A stretch of DNA of 32,344 nucleotides from assembly GCA_027451365.1 (NCBI GenBank), contig DAIDJN010000038.1, forward strand, positions 1-32,344. The letters are read 5' to 3'. A program made the position numbers and the translations under genes. The stretch comes from Phycisphaerales bacterium. Its GTDB lineage: Bacteria; Planctomycetota; Phycisphaerae; WQYP01. Every line of letters begins with the position of its first letter. Position 1 is the first letter of the stretch. The notes under the pieces were generated by a model, which was not told the DNA's origin, searched no databases, and saw only the letters and a program-made list of their open reading frames with translations. Shown one piece after another: positions 8,812 to 17,683 of this stretch.

Positions 8812-10470
8812 TTACACGCTTTTGGCGGGCGGTGTCCTGTAGCCGGTCAGGCGGCCGCTGAAGGCCGTCCAATTGCGCTCGCCACGGGCGGTCCAGAACA
8901 CTTCGGCCGCAGCGCACAACCGCGGGAAGATGCGATCCCACACCACGGAAAGATTGGGCACATGTTCCGTCCAGAGGTTCGCCTGCGAACCAAGCAGCAA
9001 CGGCCGCAGATGTGGCGTAAAGCCTGGAGTCAGCGGTTCAAAGGCATACACCTTTTGGGTTGGTGTGGATGCCGGCAGCCAGTCAAAATACATGTGGCCC
9101 TGCGGGCAGGGAACAACCGGATGACCCGCGGCGGCCATCGCCGGCCCGATTTGGGGAGATTTCCCGTGCCAGGCCATTGCGATCATCCCGGGCGGCGAAT
9201 AATGTGGGTTATCGTGCCAACAGACCATCGACCGGCCAAGTTTCCGCACAATATCCGACACGCGCTGCTCAAAATATCCCTGCAATGCGGGCATAGAATC
9301 AATATGTCGGGCTTTCATCAGGGCTAGGCATGAGGGGCAATTCTGCCAGTTGTTATAAGCAACTTCGTCACCACCGGTGTGCAGAAACGGTCCGGGAAAC
9401 AGCCGCGCGGTTTCTTCCAGAACATTCGACAAAAATGTAAATACCGCCGGGTTGCTGGCGCAATACGCATAGCGCGTCTGCCAAATGCTGTGGCTGGGAA
9501 TCGGGACCTGCTGGCCGGTGCAACCGAGTTCCGGGTAGACATGAAGCGCCGCACTGCAATGACCCGGCATTTCAATTTCCGGCACAACGGTAATGTGCCG
9601 CTGACGGGCAAATTCCAGCACACGCCGAATATCCGCGGGGGTATAAAACCCTCCATATTGCCCGGCGGCATTATAGTGTGCGGTCTGGCTGTGCTGAAAT
9701 CCAAACCCAATGGACTTCCGCCACGCGCCGATGTCCGTCAACTTCGGATATTTTGGAATCGCCAGTCGCCAGCCCTGATCATCCGTCAGGTGCCAGTGAA
9801 AAATGTTCAGCTTAAGCGACGCCATGGCATCCAGAACCGCCATGACCTCATGCGTATCAAAGAAGTGTCGGCTTACATCCAGCATAAAGCCGCGCCATTC
9901 AAATCGCGGAAAATCATGGACCTTCACCGCCGGGATTTCCCACAACGGGTGGGCGAAACCACCGCTTTTTCGACTGACGGCCAATTGCAACAGCGTAACC
10001 AGACCATTAAAAAGGCCGTGGCAATGCGTTGCCCGCAAACTTACACCGCCCTCCGCGGTGTGCGTATCCAGGTTGTATGCTTCCGCCTGTCGCCATGCGG
10101 GGCCATCCATCATCTGCCCGGCTTCCTGTGCCAGGTCGAACTGCACTTTTTCGGCCGGTGCGTGCGCGTGCAGCGGCACAAGAGTGATACCAAAATTCTG
10201 GCGGAATTTGTCCACCGCATAATTCAGCAGCGGCCGGCCATCAACTGCCGAACCGCGGAATCTTATAGTCATGCCATCATGCAGCGGCAAAGGCTTTTGT
10301 GGGAAGGACTTCACGGTAGCCGGAAGGGGAATCAGGCCTGGATAATTGAATGATTGTTCCGATTCGGGCGCGGCCACGGAAGACAGTACCCCGCCTGATG
10401 GCACCATAGCCGCAACTGTTACCAGGCTGCAGGCCTTCAGAATTTTCCGCCGTGAATGGTGGGGTTCCAA
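8812..10470 (-). CDS. GH20 beta-N-acetylhexosaminidase with twin-arginine (Tat) signal peptide
   Basis: DFPRFEWRGFMLDVSRHF, FHWHLTDDQGWR, VVPEIEMPGH, catalytic HTGGDE, GSQANLWTE. N-terminal SRRKILK plus a hydrophobic stretch. TTG start follows SD GAGGTG. Confidence 0.92.
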   Translation of the reverse strand: MEPHHSRRKILKACSLVTVAAMVPSGGVLSSVAAPESEQSFNYPGLIPLPATVKSFPQKPLPLHDGMTIRFRGSAVDGRPLLNYAVDKFRQNFGITLVPLHAHAPAEKVQFDLAQEAGQMMDGPAWRQAEAYNLDTHTAEGGVSLRATHCHGLFNGLVTLLQLAVSRKSGGFAHPLWEIPAVKVHDFPRFEWRGFMLDVSRHFFDTHEVMAVLDAMASLKLNIFHWHLTDDQGWRLAIPKYPKLTDIGAWRKSIGFGFQHSQTAHYNAAGQYGGFYTPADIRRVLEFARQRHITVVPEIEMPGHCSAALHVYPELGCTGQQVPIPSHSIWQTRYAYCASNPAVFTFLSNVLEETARLFPGPFLHTGGDEVAYNNWQNCPSCLALMKARHIDSMPALQGYFEQRVSDIVRKLGRSMVCWHDNPHYSPPGMIAMAWHGKSPQIGPAMAAAGHPVVPCPQGHMYFDWLPASTPTQKVYAFEPLTPGFTPHLRPLLLGSQANLWTEHVPNLSVVWDRIFPRLCAAAEVFWTARGERNWTAFSGRLTGYRTPPAKSV

Positions 10471-10502
10471 CGGTCACCTCGTTTCATGCGCCGCAGCAAA
10501 AA

Positions 10503-10868
10503 TCAGCGTGTGGTCCAGACGGCCGGCGGTTCAATATGGTCCGCGGGGCGAGCGCCGGCATCTTTGCGGGCGGTGCCCGTAAGCCGGCTGATAATTTTTA
10601 CGTGCATGTCATGGTCGCAGGCAATCTGGCAGCTTAAGCGAATCTGTGGGGTTGCCGCCAGACCTTTAGTCGCCAGCAGTTCTTTTTCCGCCGTGGTAAT
10701 GCCAGCCGGTTCCCCGGACACAAATTGCACGCGGCAAGTGGTGCACCGTGCAAATCCGCCGCAGGCGTGAAGCTGGTCCACTTTCGCTTCATCAACCAGT
10801 GCATTTACCAGCCGCTTGCCGGCCGGAACATCAAACGTGCCAAAATCATCCACAATCAGCTTGGGCAT
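10503..10868 (-). CDS. 2Fe-2S ferredoxin
   Basis: HACGGFARCTTCRV...RLSCQ, i.e. C-x5-C-x2-C...C. The ATG at 10868 follows SD GGAG. Confidence 0.9.
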   Translation of the reverse strand: MPKLIVDDFGTFDVPAGKRLVNALVDEAKVDQLHACGGFARCTTCRVQFVSGEPAGITTAEKELLATKGLAATPQIRLSCQIACDHDMHVKIISRLTGTARKDAGARPADHIEPPAVWTTR

Positions 10869-10935
10869 GAAAAACTCCAAAATAGATCAGACGCCAGCCC
10901 AAGAGTATGCGGCCCCTGCACAAAGGATGCAAGGA

Positions 10936-11700
10936 TCAGCAAGCAGCGCCTGGCTGCGGCGTCGCGATATGGACCCCTGTAACAACGGCGGCGCATATTT
11001 GAGCTACGGCGTTCTCGATGCGTTGAAATGACCGCAATTTCTTCCCCCGAATCTGGGCAATATCCACCAGTTTGACCAATTTCGCCAGGTCGGTCGTTTC
11101 AGTATAGCCGTTCTCAAAATTATATTTGAGCCAGCCCTTCGCGTTGCGCGGTGCTTCTTCCAAATTACCTGTGGGAAATTCAGTTTTTTTTCGCAGCCGA
11201 TACACGTAGCTTTTGTCGTTCTGCTGGATTGAACTGGCTCCCGCAATCATCCACGTTTCCACCTCTTGCATTGCAAAAACCACCGCCAACGAAAATGTCT
11301 TCCCCGCGCCAGCTCGCGAGGCAATTTCTACAAGGTTCGATGCTGCGAAAACCGGGCAATCTATTGGTGGCGGCTCTTTCGCAGCTTTATTTCTGCCAAT
11401 TTTCGGAAGAACATCACCGTCAATTAGAAGGATAATTCCGGACGCTCTTTCCCGTTCCGGGCCTTTCTGCGTCGCCAAAACCAGCTTTTTCTCCAGCTCG
11501 GTGCGACCGTCTTTGGCAGTAAGAAGATTGACGTAATTGCCAACCCGCAGGGCGCTGTTGTGAATGGCAACCGATCTTTCGGGCGATCCATCCCGAAACA
11601 GGTCATTTCTCAGCCGTCTGACAAGAAGTGGGGCTGCCTCCACGTCGCTGTAACCTTCGCAGAGAAGTTTGATCGTTGGATAAGCCAATGCTTCCCCCAT
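10936..11700 (-). CDS. DUF4276-like TOPRIM-fold putative nuclease
   Basis: TOPRIM-type motifs: LLCEGYSD (E-G-x-x-D after strand 1), ILLIDGD (DxD), FAMQEVETWMIA (E-x-E-x-W), PRNAKGWL, Y-x-E-T-x-D, RSFQR. Start is uncertain (11709, 11700 or TTG 11688). Confidence 0.75.
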   Translation of the reverse strand: MGEALAYPTIKLLCEGYSDVEAAPLLVRRLRNDLFRDGSPERSVAIHNSALRVGNYVNLLTAKDGRTELEKKLVLATQKGPERERASGIILLIDGDVLPKIGRNKAAKEPPPIDCPVFAASNLVEIASRAGAGKTFSLAVVFAMQEVETWMIAGASSIQQNDKSYVYRLRKKTEFPTGNLEEAPRNAKGWLKYNFENGYTETTDLAKLVKLVDIAQIRGKKLRSFQRIENAVAQICAAVVTGVHIATPQPGAAC

Positions 11701-11725
11701 CAGAACCAATGATCGATGACGATTC

Positions 11726-12838
11726 TCAATATGCCAGAAGTTCGCCCGGCATCATCAGCTTGTCTCGGAGCGCGAGAATATCGTCAGTATGCGGCGGACG
11801 AACAAGCGTTCCGTTGTCGCCGATTTCAACGAGCCGAATGGAGGGCGGCGGAAAACGGTCCAGAAATTGTGGACTCTGCGTCGTAATAATAAACTGGGTG
11901 CCCACCTTTTCTGCTGCGGATAAAAGGTTTTCCGCCAATATCATCTGCGCTCGATAAGAAAGACCGGTCTCCGGTTCCTCAAGGCAGATCGTCATTTTTG
12001 GCGGGTTCTGGTAAATTGCGATAAATGCCGCAAGCAGCCTTCGAAATCCTTCCGACCATTCTGCCAAGGGGATTGTGGTACCGTTCGCTGGTTTGCCACC
12101 AGGTCCCATAATGAACCCTGATTCGAATAATTCCGCAACCGCCCCCGGATTGGGCATCACGCTTTTCATCGAATCAACAATTTTTTTCCAAATTTTGGGC
12201 ATAATCGGGTTGGCCTTAATGCCCTCAACCAAAGTCAGCGCGCCAAATCCATCATAAGCCATTCCCCCGCCCATAGACTGACGATGGGTCCGCGATGGAG
12301 CCAGCACGTCATCGGACCACCGATAACACGAAATTCCGCTAGAAATTATTTCAAACGCGCTGCGAATCTCTGAAGCCCTATTCGCCAAATCGCGAAGCAG
12401 CGAACGACTTCCATCCGGGCGGTCGACCCGTTGCCCCTTCGTCGGCACTAACCAATTCCCATTTTCCCATTTGAAAATGATATTGTCCGCCAGCCTGAGT
12501 TCCTCGCCGATGATCCGTGATATTGCGCGATTTTTGTCGACCTTAACCGTCAGGCAATATTTGTAATTCCCGTCGGATTTGGAATCGTCAAACTCAATCT
12601 GCCACGATGTATTAACGTCCGTTCCGGCGGATTGCACGGGGCCAATGAGTTGAAGTCCGGTTTCCGAGAACGAAGTCAAGCCGTCTTGTTGATTTACTAA
12701 CAGGCATAAGACCCTTAGCGCAGCGATGAAATTCGATTTGCCGGTACCGCTGCGGCCGACGAGCACGGTCAATTGATCCAATTCAGCTTCCGTATGTAGA
12801 AGGCTTTTGAAGTTGCTTACTGTCAACCGCTTTATCAT
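11726..12838 (-). CDS. ABC-type (AAA_21/AAA_15-like) ATPase
   Basis: MIKRLTVSNFKSL start, Walker A GRSGTGKS, signature-like WSEGFRR, Walker B ICLEEPETGL, H-loop position ITTQSPQFLD, C-terminal GELL. The ATG at 12838 follows SD GAGGTG. Confidence 0.88.
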   Translation of the reverse strand: MIKRLTVSNFKSLLHTEAELDQLTVLVGRSGTGKSNFIAALRVLCLLVNQQDGLTSFSETGLQLIGPVQSAGTDVNTSWQIEFDDSKSDGNYKYCLTVKVDKNRAISRIIGEELRLADNIIFKWENGNWLVPTKGQRVDRPDGSRSLLRDLANRASEIRSAFEIISSGISCYRWSDDVLAPSRTHRQSMGGGMAYDGFGALTLVEGIKANPIMPKIWKKIVDSMKSVMPNPGAVAELFESGFIMGPGGKPANGTTIPLAEWSEGFRRLLAAFIAIYQNPPKMTICLEEPETGLSYRAQMILAENLLSAAEKVGTQFIITTQSPQFLDRFPPPSIRLVEIGDNGTLVRPPHTDDILALRDKLMMPGELLAY

Positions 12839-12881
12839 AAGCAAACACCTCGATGGATTCACCGTTGCGTCATTACCCTTA

Positions 12882-12910
12882 ATTATAGCGAAAGAGCGTC
12901 CTAAGGCCAA
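12882..12910 (-). promoter_or_regulatory. sigma70 promoter for the ATPase-DUF4276 pair
   Basis: Minus strand: TTGGCC, 17-nt spacer (ttaggacgctctttcgc), perfect TATAAT, about 43 nt upstream of the ATPase start. Confidence 0.6.
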
Positions 12911-12953
12911 TTGCGGCGAGTTATCAGGTGGTGCCGGTTAAAATGCGTGGGAA

Positions 12954-12982
12954 TTCGCCAAGGCAGGATAATCCGTTACAAT
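12954..12982 (+). promoter_or_regulatory. Candidate sigma70 promoter for the histidine phosphatase (divergent from the ATPase promoter)
   Basis: TTCGCC, 17 nt, TACAAT, followed by SD GGAG near 13002 and the ATG at 13017. Confidence 0.4.
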
Positions 12983-13016
12983 CCGGAAGGTTGCACGGTT
13001 TGGAGATTTTCAGGCA

Positions 13017-13688
13017 ATGGCACACGCAAATTTACCCGCCCGCATCTGGCTGGTCCGCCACGGTCAAACCGACTGGAACGCCCAACGCCGAATTCAGGGC
13101 CATACACCCACAGAATTAAATGCCGCTGGCCGGGCTGAAGCCGCGATGCTGGCCGACTGGTTTGCCGATCGGCCATTTGCCACCGTCTGGTCCAGCGATC
13201 TGCCGCGGGCCAAACAGACCGCCGACGCCATTGCCGCAAGACACAACCTGCCGGTGCATACCACCCACGAACTGCGGGAACGCGAACTTGGGCCATTTGA
13301 AGGCAAGACGTGGGATGAAGTTCGACGAATCCGTGGCGAGTTGACCGGCTCTCCTTTGCAGAACGGCGACCTTGCAGACTGGACCGGCGTACCAGGCGTG
13401 GAAACCGACGCAGATTTATGGCATCGCGTCAGTCGACAACTTGCCTCCATTGCCAATAGCCATCAGGGGAATGCACTGGTCGTGAGTCATGGCGGCGTAA
13501 TCAAGCATACCGTGTGCCACGTTCTCGGACTGCCGTCTGGATTGCCGCGACGCTTCCCCTTGTCCAATGGAATAACCGCCGTGCTGACATTGCGAGCCGA
13601 CGGCTTTTATCTGCAAAGCCTGCTCGATGTCGGCCTGCTGGCCGGACAACCGGAATCGGTGGATACAGCGCAGGCACCGTCAGCCTGA
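13017..13688 (+). CDS. Histidine phosphatase (phosphoglycerate mutase/CobC-like) family protein
   Basis: LVRHGQTDWN (RHG motif), SSDLPRA..TA, LRERELG..EG, VVSHGG. Confidence 0.92.
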   Translation: MAHANLPARIWLVRHGQTDWNAQRRIQGHTPTELNAAGRAEAAMLADWFADRPFATVWSSDLPRAKQTADAIAARHNLPVHTTHELRERELGPFEGKTWDEVRRIRGELTGSPLQNGDLADWTGVPGVETDADLWHRVSRQLASIANSHQGNALVVSHGGVIKHTVCHVLGLPSGLPRRFPLSNGITAVLTLRADGFYLQSLLDVGLLAGQPESVDTAQAPSA

Positions 13689-13876
13689 ACCGGCCAAACC
13701 GCAACCAAAACAATGCCCCAACAAGCGCGGTCAGGCTAAAATTCCAAGTGAGCAGCGGCGTTATGCGGCTGGACTTGTGGGAGTTAAGGCGAAGCCGCCA
13801 AGAAATTCGATCCAAACAAATTAACAGGACGAATTACTTTAGGTTCGCGGACGAAGTACCGCGAACTGCAACGGAC

Positions 13877-13905
13877 TTGGCCGGATACAAAGCCGATGGT
13901 ATGAT
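13877..13905 (+). promoter_or_regulatory. sigma70 promoter for tRNA-Thr
   Basis: TTGGCC, 17 nt, TATGAT with extended TG (TGgTATGAT), about 65 nt upstream of the tRNA. Confidence 0.55.
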
Positions 13906-13969
13906 GCCATCATAAAATCCGGCAAATACTGATAAACACACGGTATTTGCTGCGGAAAGCGCACCTTCC

Positions 13970-14042
13970 GCCGCCGTAGCTCAGCTGGTAGAGCGATGCT
14001 TTCGTAAAGCATAGGTCTTGGGTTCGAGTCCCAACGGTGGCT
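13970..14042 (+). tRNA. tRNA-Thr(CGT), 73 nt, CCA not encoded
   Basis: Cloverleaf folds: acceptor GCCGCCG/CGGTGGC, D arm GCTC/GAGC, anticodon stem ATGCT/AGCAT with loop TT-CGT-AA, T arm TTGGG-TTCGAGT-CCCAA, discriminator T. Confidence 0.97.
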
Positions 14043-14651
14043 TTGCTTCTTCACTTCGTAATTCCTGAAGTGTGCCTGCCAAAACGCGGCTTTCTGAATC
14101 AATGCCTGTGCGGCGGTCCGATGCGCTTATTCACACGACACAACCGGGGCGCGAAAGCATTGCGGCTGTTGAATCCGAGCTTGGTCGCGTTAGAAATATT
14201 CTCAACCATTCTCTATTGTGAATTCAGACATTTCTTGGGCTTGCTGTAGTTTTCTGAATTTTTACCAATCCAAATTTTGTCAACTGAAAACCCGATGACC
14301 GGAAGCCGAATTACAGCGTATTCCGGTGAATGCCGTAATATTTTATCTTTTTGGCGTTGGCACAATTCTTTTTTTATTTCCGCAAAGCAAGATATGGTTC
14401 GCAGGTGCCCCGCGGTGGGAGGCGAAATTGTGGAAAGATCATATTGCATGGGTGGCCGCCATCGGCGGAATATTTGCAGCCCAAGTCCTTGATTCAGGCA
14501 ATCTTCCAGCGCTAAACGCTGTATAATATTGGCAATTCATCCAAAACTTATAAAATGCCCGGTGGAAGCCGATGCAAAACCGAAGCTGCTAAACGGTTAA
14601 TTGGCGGCACATAACCGATTTCGATCTGCCCGCATTCTGCAGCGATGGACA

Positions 14652-14969
14652 TCAGCCATTAATGGATTCAATCTTTACTGCCAGATATTTCTGACGATGG
14701 CCCACGCGACGGTGGAACCCCTTGCGGCGGGTGAAACGTTCCACGTAAATTTTGTCCGCTTTGGTGTCGCCAAGAATTTTCGCGGTGACGGTGGCACCCG
14801 CAACCGTCGGTTGACCAATCTTAACGCCGGAATCTCCGGACACCAGAAGAACTTTATCAAAGGTAATCGTGGTGGCATCTGCCGGCAGTTCACGAATATC
14901 AATTTCCAGGACATCATCCTTTTGGATTTTAAATTGTGTGCCGCTGTCTTCAACAATCGCGTATGCCAT
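14652..14969 (-). CDS. rplU: 50S ribosomal protein L21
   Basis: MAYAIVEDSGTQFKI...FDKVLLV...KIGQPTVAGATVTAKI...RRKGFHRRVGHRQKY. SD GGAG precedes the ATG at 14969. Confidence 0.96.
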   Translation of the reverse strand: MAYAIVEDSGTQFKIQKDDVLEIDIRELPADATTITFDKVLLVSGDSGVKIGQPTVAGATVTAKILGDTKADKIYVERFTRRKGFHRRVGHRQKYLAVKIESING

Positions 14970-15066
14970 GGAAAACTCCAACACCGCCGGGCCAGGCCCG
15001 TTCAACTAAATTCTGTACGTTCGCGAATAAGTCGCAAACGATTCTCCCGCAATGGGAAAGTCCAGC

Positions 15067-15095
15067 ATTATGCGGCAGATTGTCCGGTTAATCAA
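15067..15095 (-). promoter_or_regulatory. sigma70 promoter for rplU
   Basis: Minus strand: TTGATT, 17 nt (aaccggacaatctgccg), CATAAT, about 97 nt upstream of the start. Confidence 0.55.
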
Positions 15096-15350
15096 GTGCC
15101 CAATCGGCGAATGAAAAATGGAGCTTGAAAGCAAGTCGCGATCAGGGCTGATAACCGGATATAGCGAAGCGTTCCCAATACCCCAAAATCGGTGTCAGCC
15201 GTGAGAAAAAGAGCGATTTTAAGCTCCGTCGTCGGGGCAGAAATCAGCGTTACACCAGTTCGCAAGCTGAAATTGAAAGTCCCGAACGCCGATTTATTTA
15301 GCCCATCGGAGTGGTTTTCAGTAGCCAAAAATGGCACCAAACCAACGTCC

Positions 15351-17180
15351 CTAATCCGCACCGACCTCAGCTTCCGTTTCGCCAGCCGATTCATCTAAAA
15401 TGTCATCACCCGCTTTTCCATTGGTGGGAATAACGCCCAAGGTGGACAGAATAGACCCGTCCAGAAAGCCTTCCAGCCGACGCGATCGCACCGGATGCTG
15501 CAATTTGCGCAAGGCCTTGGCTTCCACCTGCCGCACGCGTTCCCGCGTTACCTTAAAAATGCGTCCGACTTCTTCCAAGGTATAGGTGTAGCCATCCCCA
15601 ATGCCATAGCGCAGCTTGATAATTTCCCGTTCGCGATAGGTAAGCGTGCGCAACACCTGGTCAATCCGTTCACGCAGCATGTCCTGCGTCGCGGTTTCGA
15701 CAGGGTTTTCCGCGGCCTCATCTTCAATAAAATCGCCAAAATAGGAATCTTCCGACTCACCGACCGGCCGGTCCAGCGAAATCGGATGCCGGGCAATTTT
15801 CAGCACGCGCCGACATTCCGATACCGGCATTTTCGCCTCACGCGAAATTTCCTCGATCGTCGGTTCGCGTCCCAGGTCCTGCAGCAGCTTTTTGCTGATG
15901 TTCCGCAGCTTGGACATGGTTTCAATCATGTGCACCGGGATGCGAATTGTGCGGGCATGGTCTGCGATCGCTCGCGTAATCGCCTGACGTATCCACCAGG
16001 TCGCATACGTGCTGAATTTGTATCCGCGGCGGTATTCATATTTATCCACAGCGCGCATCAGGCCGGTGTTTCCCTCCTGAATAATATCCAAGAAGGAAAG
16101 GCCGCGGTTGCGATACTTTTTGGCAATGGAAACAACCAGCCGCAGATTACCGCCGGAAAGGCGGCGCTTGGCATCTTCATATTCATTAAAAACCAGGTTA
16201 ATGCTCTGACAGCGGCGCATCAGCGCGGACCCTTCCTCCAGCACCAGGTCCGCCAATCCATGGCGTTCCTCTTCCATGGCCTGGCGGTCATCTTCGGTGT
16301 AACGGGCATTCTTATCCGTCAGGCGGCGCTCCAAGTCTGATAACTTCGCGCTTATGGAAAGCAGCCGCCGCATAAGCGGAATTACCTTGCTCGTCCGCAG
16401 GGAAAGCTCTTCCAACAGTTTTACATTTTTCAGACGCGTGGCGGTCATCCGCCGTTCGATTTCTTCACGATGCGCTGGATTGATATCTGAACGCCGCAGT
16501 TTTTCCCAGTCTTCGCGGTCACGTATCAGCAGCTTGCGAATGGTGTTCAGGTTGGTGGGAATTCGCTTGGAAACAGTCGCCTTGGCATCCACTTCGGCGG
16601 TCGAAATGCGCATGGTGCGGTCAAAAGGCAATTCGCCCGACTCCACCTGCGCCAGAATATCCACTGCCGCCTGCGTGCAATAATCACTGGCCAGTACCTG
16701 CCGCCGGAACGTCATGCGGGTGAATTCAATTTTCTTTGCCAGACGGATTTCCTCTTCGCGCGTCAACAGCGGAATTTCACCCATCTGCGTCAGGTACATT
16801 CGCACCGGGTCATCAATGCGCTTGGCACCGACTTCAACTATCTCGTCCTCTTCCTTTAAATTGACAATTTCCTCTTCGGCTTCACGCATCATTCCTTCAT
16901 CCGGGTCTTCAGTGGAACCGGCCGCTGTGTGCTTCACGCCGTCGGCTTCGTTCAGCAGTTCAATGCCAAGAGCCTCAAACTGCTGCATCAGAGCGTCTAG
17001 ACGGTCCGATGAATTGGAAATGGCATCATCCGGAAGAAGTTCGTTAATTTCATCGTATGTCAGATATCCCTGAGACTTGCCCTTGTCAAAAAGCATCTGA
17101 ATGTTCGCATCGGCCCGCGAAGCCGGAACTGTGCTGACCATGGCGGGAGGTTGAACCTGCGAACTGGTGCCGTGAGTCAC
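15351..17180 (-). CDS. rpoD: Primary RNA polymerase sigma factor RpoD (sigma70)
   Basis: Region 1.1 ([17 protein letters not shown]), 1.2 ([17 protein letters not shown]), 2 ([27 protein letters not shown]...[16 protein letters not shown]), 4 ([18 protein letters not shown]). The GTG at 17180 follows SD AGGAG. Confidence 0.97.
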   Translation of the reverse strand: MTHGTSSQVQPPAMVSTVPASRADANIQMLFDKGKSQGYLTYDEINELLPDDAISNSSDRLDALMQQFEALGIELLNEADGVKHTAAGSTEDPDEGMMREAEEEIVNLKEEDEIVEVGAKRIDDPVRMYLTQMGEIPLLTREEEIRLAKKIEFTRMTFRRQVLASDYCTQAAVDILAQVESGELPFDRTMRISTAEVDAKATVSKRIPTNLNTIRKLLIRDREDWEKLRRSDINPAHREEIERRMTATRLKNVKLLEELSLRTSKVIPLMRRLLSISAKLSDLERRLTDKNARYTEDDRQAMEEERHGLADLVLEEGSALMRRCQSINLVFNEYEDAKRRLSGGNLRLVVSIAKKYRNRGLSFLDIIQEGNTGLMRAVDKYEYRRGYKFSTYATWWIRQAITRAIADHARTIRIPVHMIETMSKLRNISKKLLQDLGREPTIEEISREAKMPVSECRRVLKIARHPISLDRPVGESEDSYFGDFIEDEAAENPVETATQDMLRERIDQVLRTLTYREREIIKLRYGIGDGYTYTLEEVGRIFKVTRERVRQVEAKALRKLQHPVRSRRLEGFLDGSILSTLGVIPTNGKAGDDILDESAGETEAEVGAD

Positions 17181-17618
17181 AATATTCTCCTGAGTCTGTG
17201 CGGGACAGCGCTTTGCGCGTGCCGACAAGCATCCAAGGAGCCCCAAGCTCCTTGGACGAAACAATCGCAATTGGATGGTCTACAAAGCAACCCGACCGCA
17301 CGCCTGTGGAATTATCCGCAATGCACCACAGCCGCAATGCAACTGTAAACCAACGCTGCGCCCGGTAACACTATCCGGGATTCACCTTAAATCCGCTACC
17401 GCACCCCATGCCGCAAGGCCTGGCGCGCGCTGGCGAATGAGTCATTGTACCACCCAAAAGCCCCCGATGCCAATCCTGGCCAGCCCCGGGCTATCCATTT
17501 CCATTCCTTTTCCCACCCAAAGCGTTCCGCCATCCGTTTCCACTTTCCTAAACAGCACCATGGTCGTGGTACATTCAAGCAGCGAAATTGCGTATTAATG
17601 CAATTGGCGGCATCATGG

Positions 17619-17647
17619 TGGACTATGCTGACCAATTTTGCTACATT
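17619..17647 (+). promoter_or_regulatory. Candidate sigma70 promoter for rmuC
   Basis: TGGACT, 17 nt, TACATT with extended TG, about 36 nt before the ATG at 17684. Confidence 0.4.
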
Positions 17648-17683
17648 AACATCTGTGGGTTTTACAGTAACTGGGGCATTGCC

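Noticed and set aside
9379..10353. 324-aa + strand ORF
   Set aside because: Antisense shadow of the GH20 gene, with no recognisable motifs.
10467..10474. CCAACGGT match to the tRNA-Thr 3' end as a possible att site bounding the ATPase cassette
   Set aside because: Only 8 bp, expected by chance. It overlaps the GH20 start region, and there is no integrase in the window.
14052..14072. CACTTC/GAAGTG hairpin after the tRNA as an intrinsic terminator
   Set aside because: Weak 6-bp stem with no U-tract.
15495..16340. 281-aa + strand ORF
   Set aside because: Antisense shadow of rpoD.
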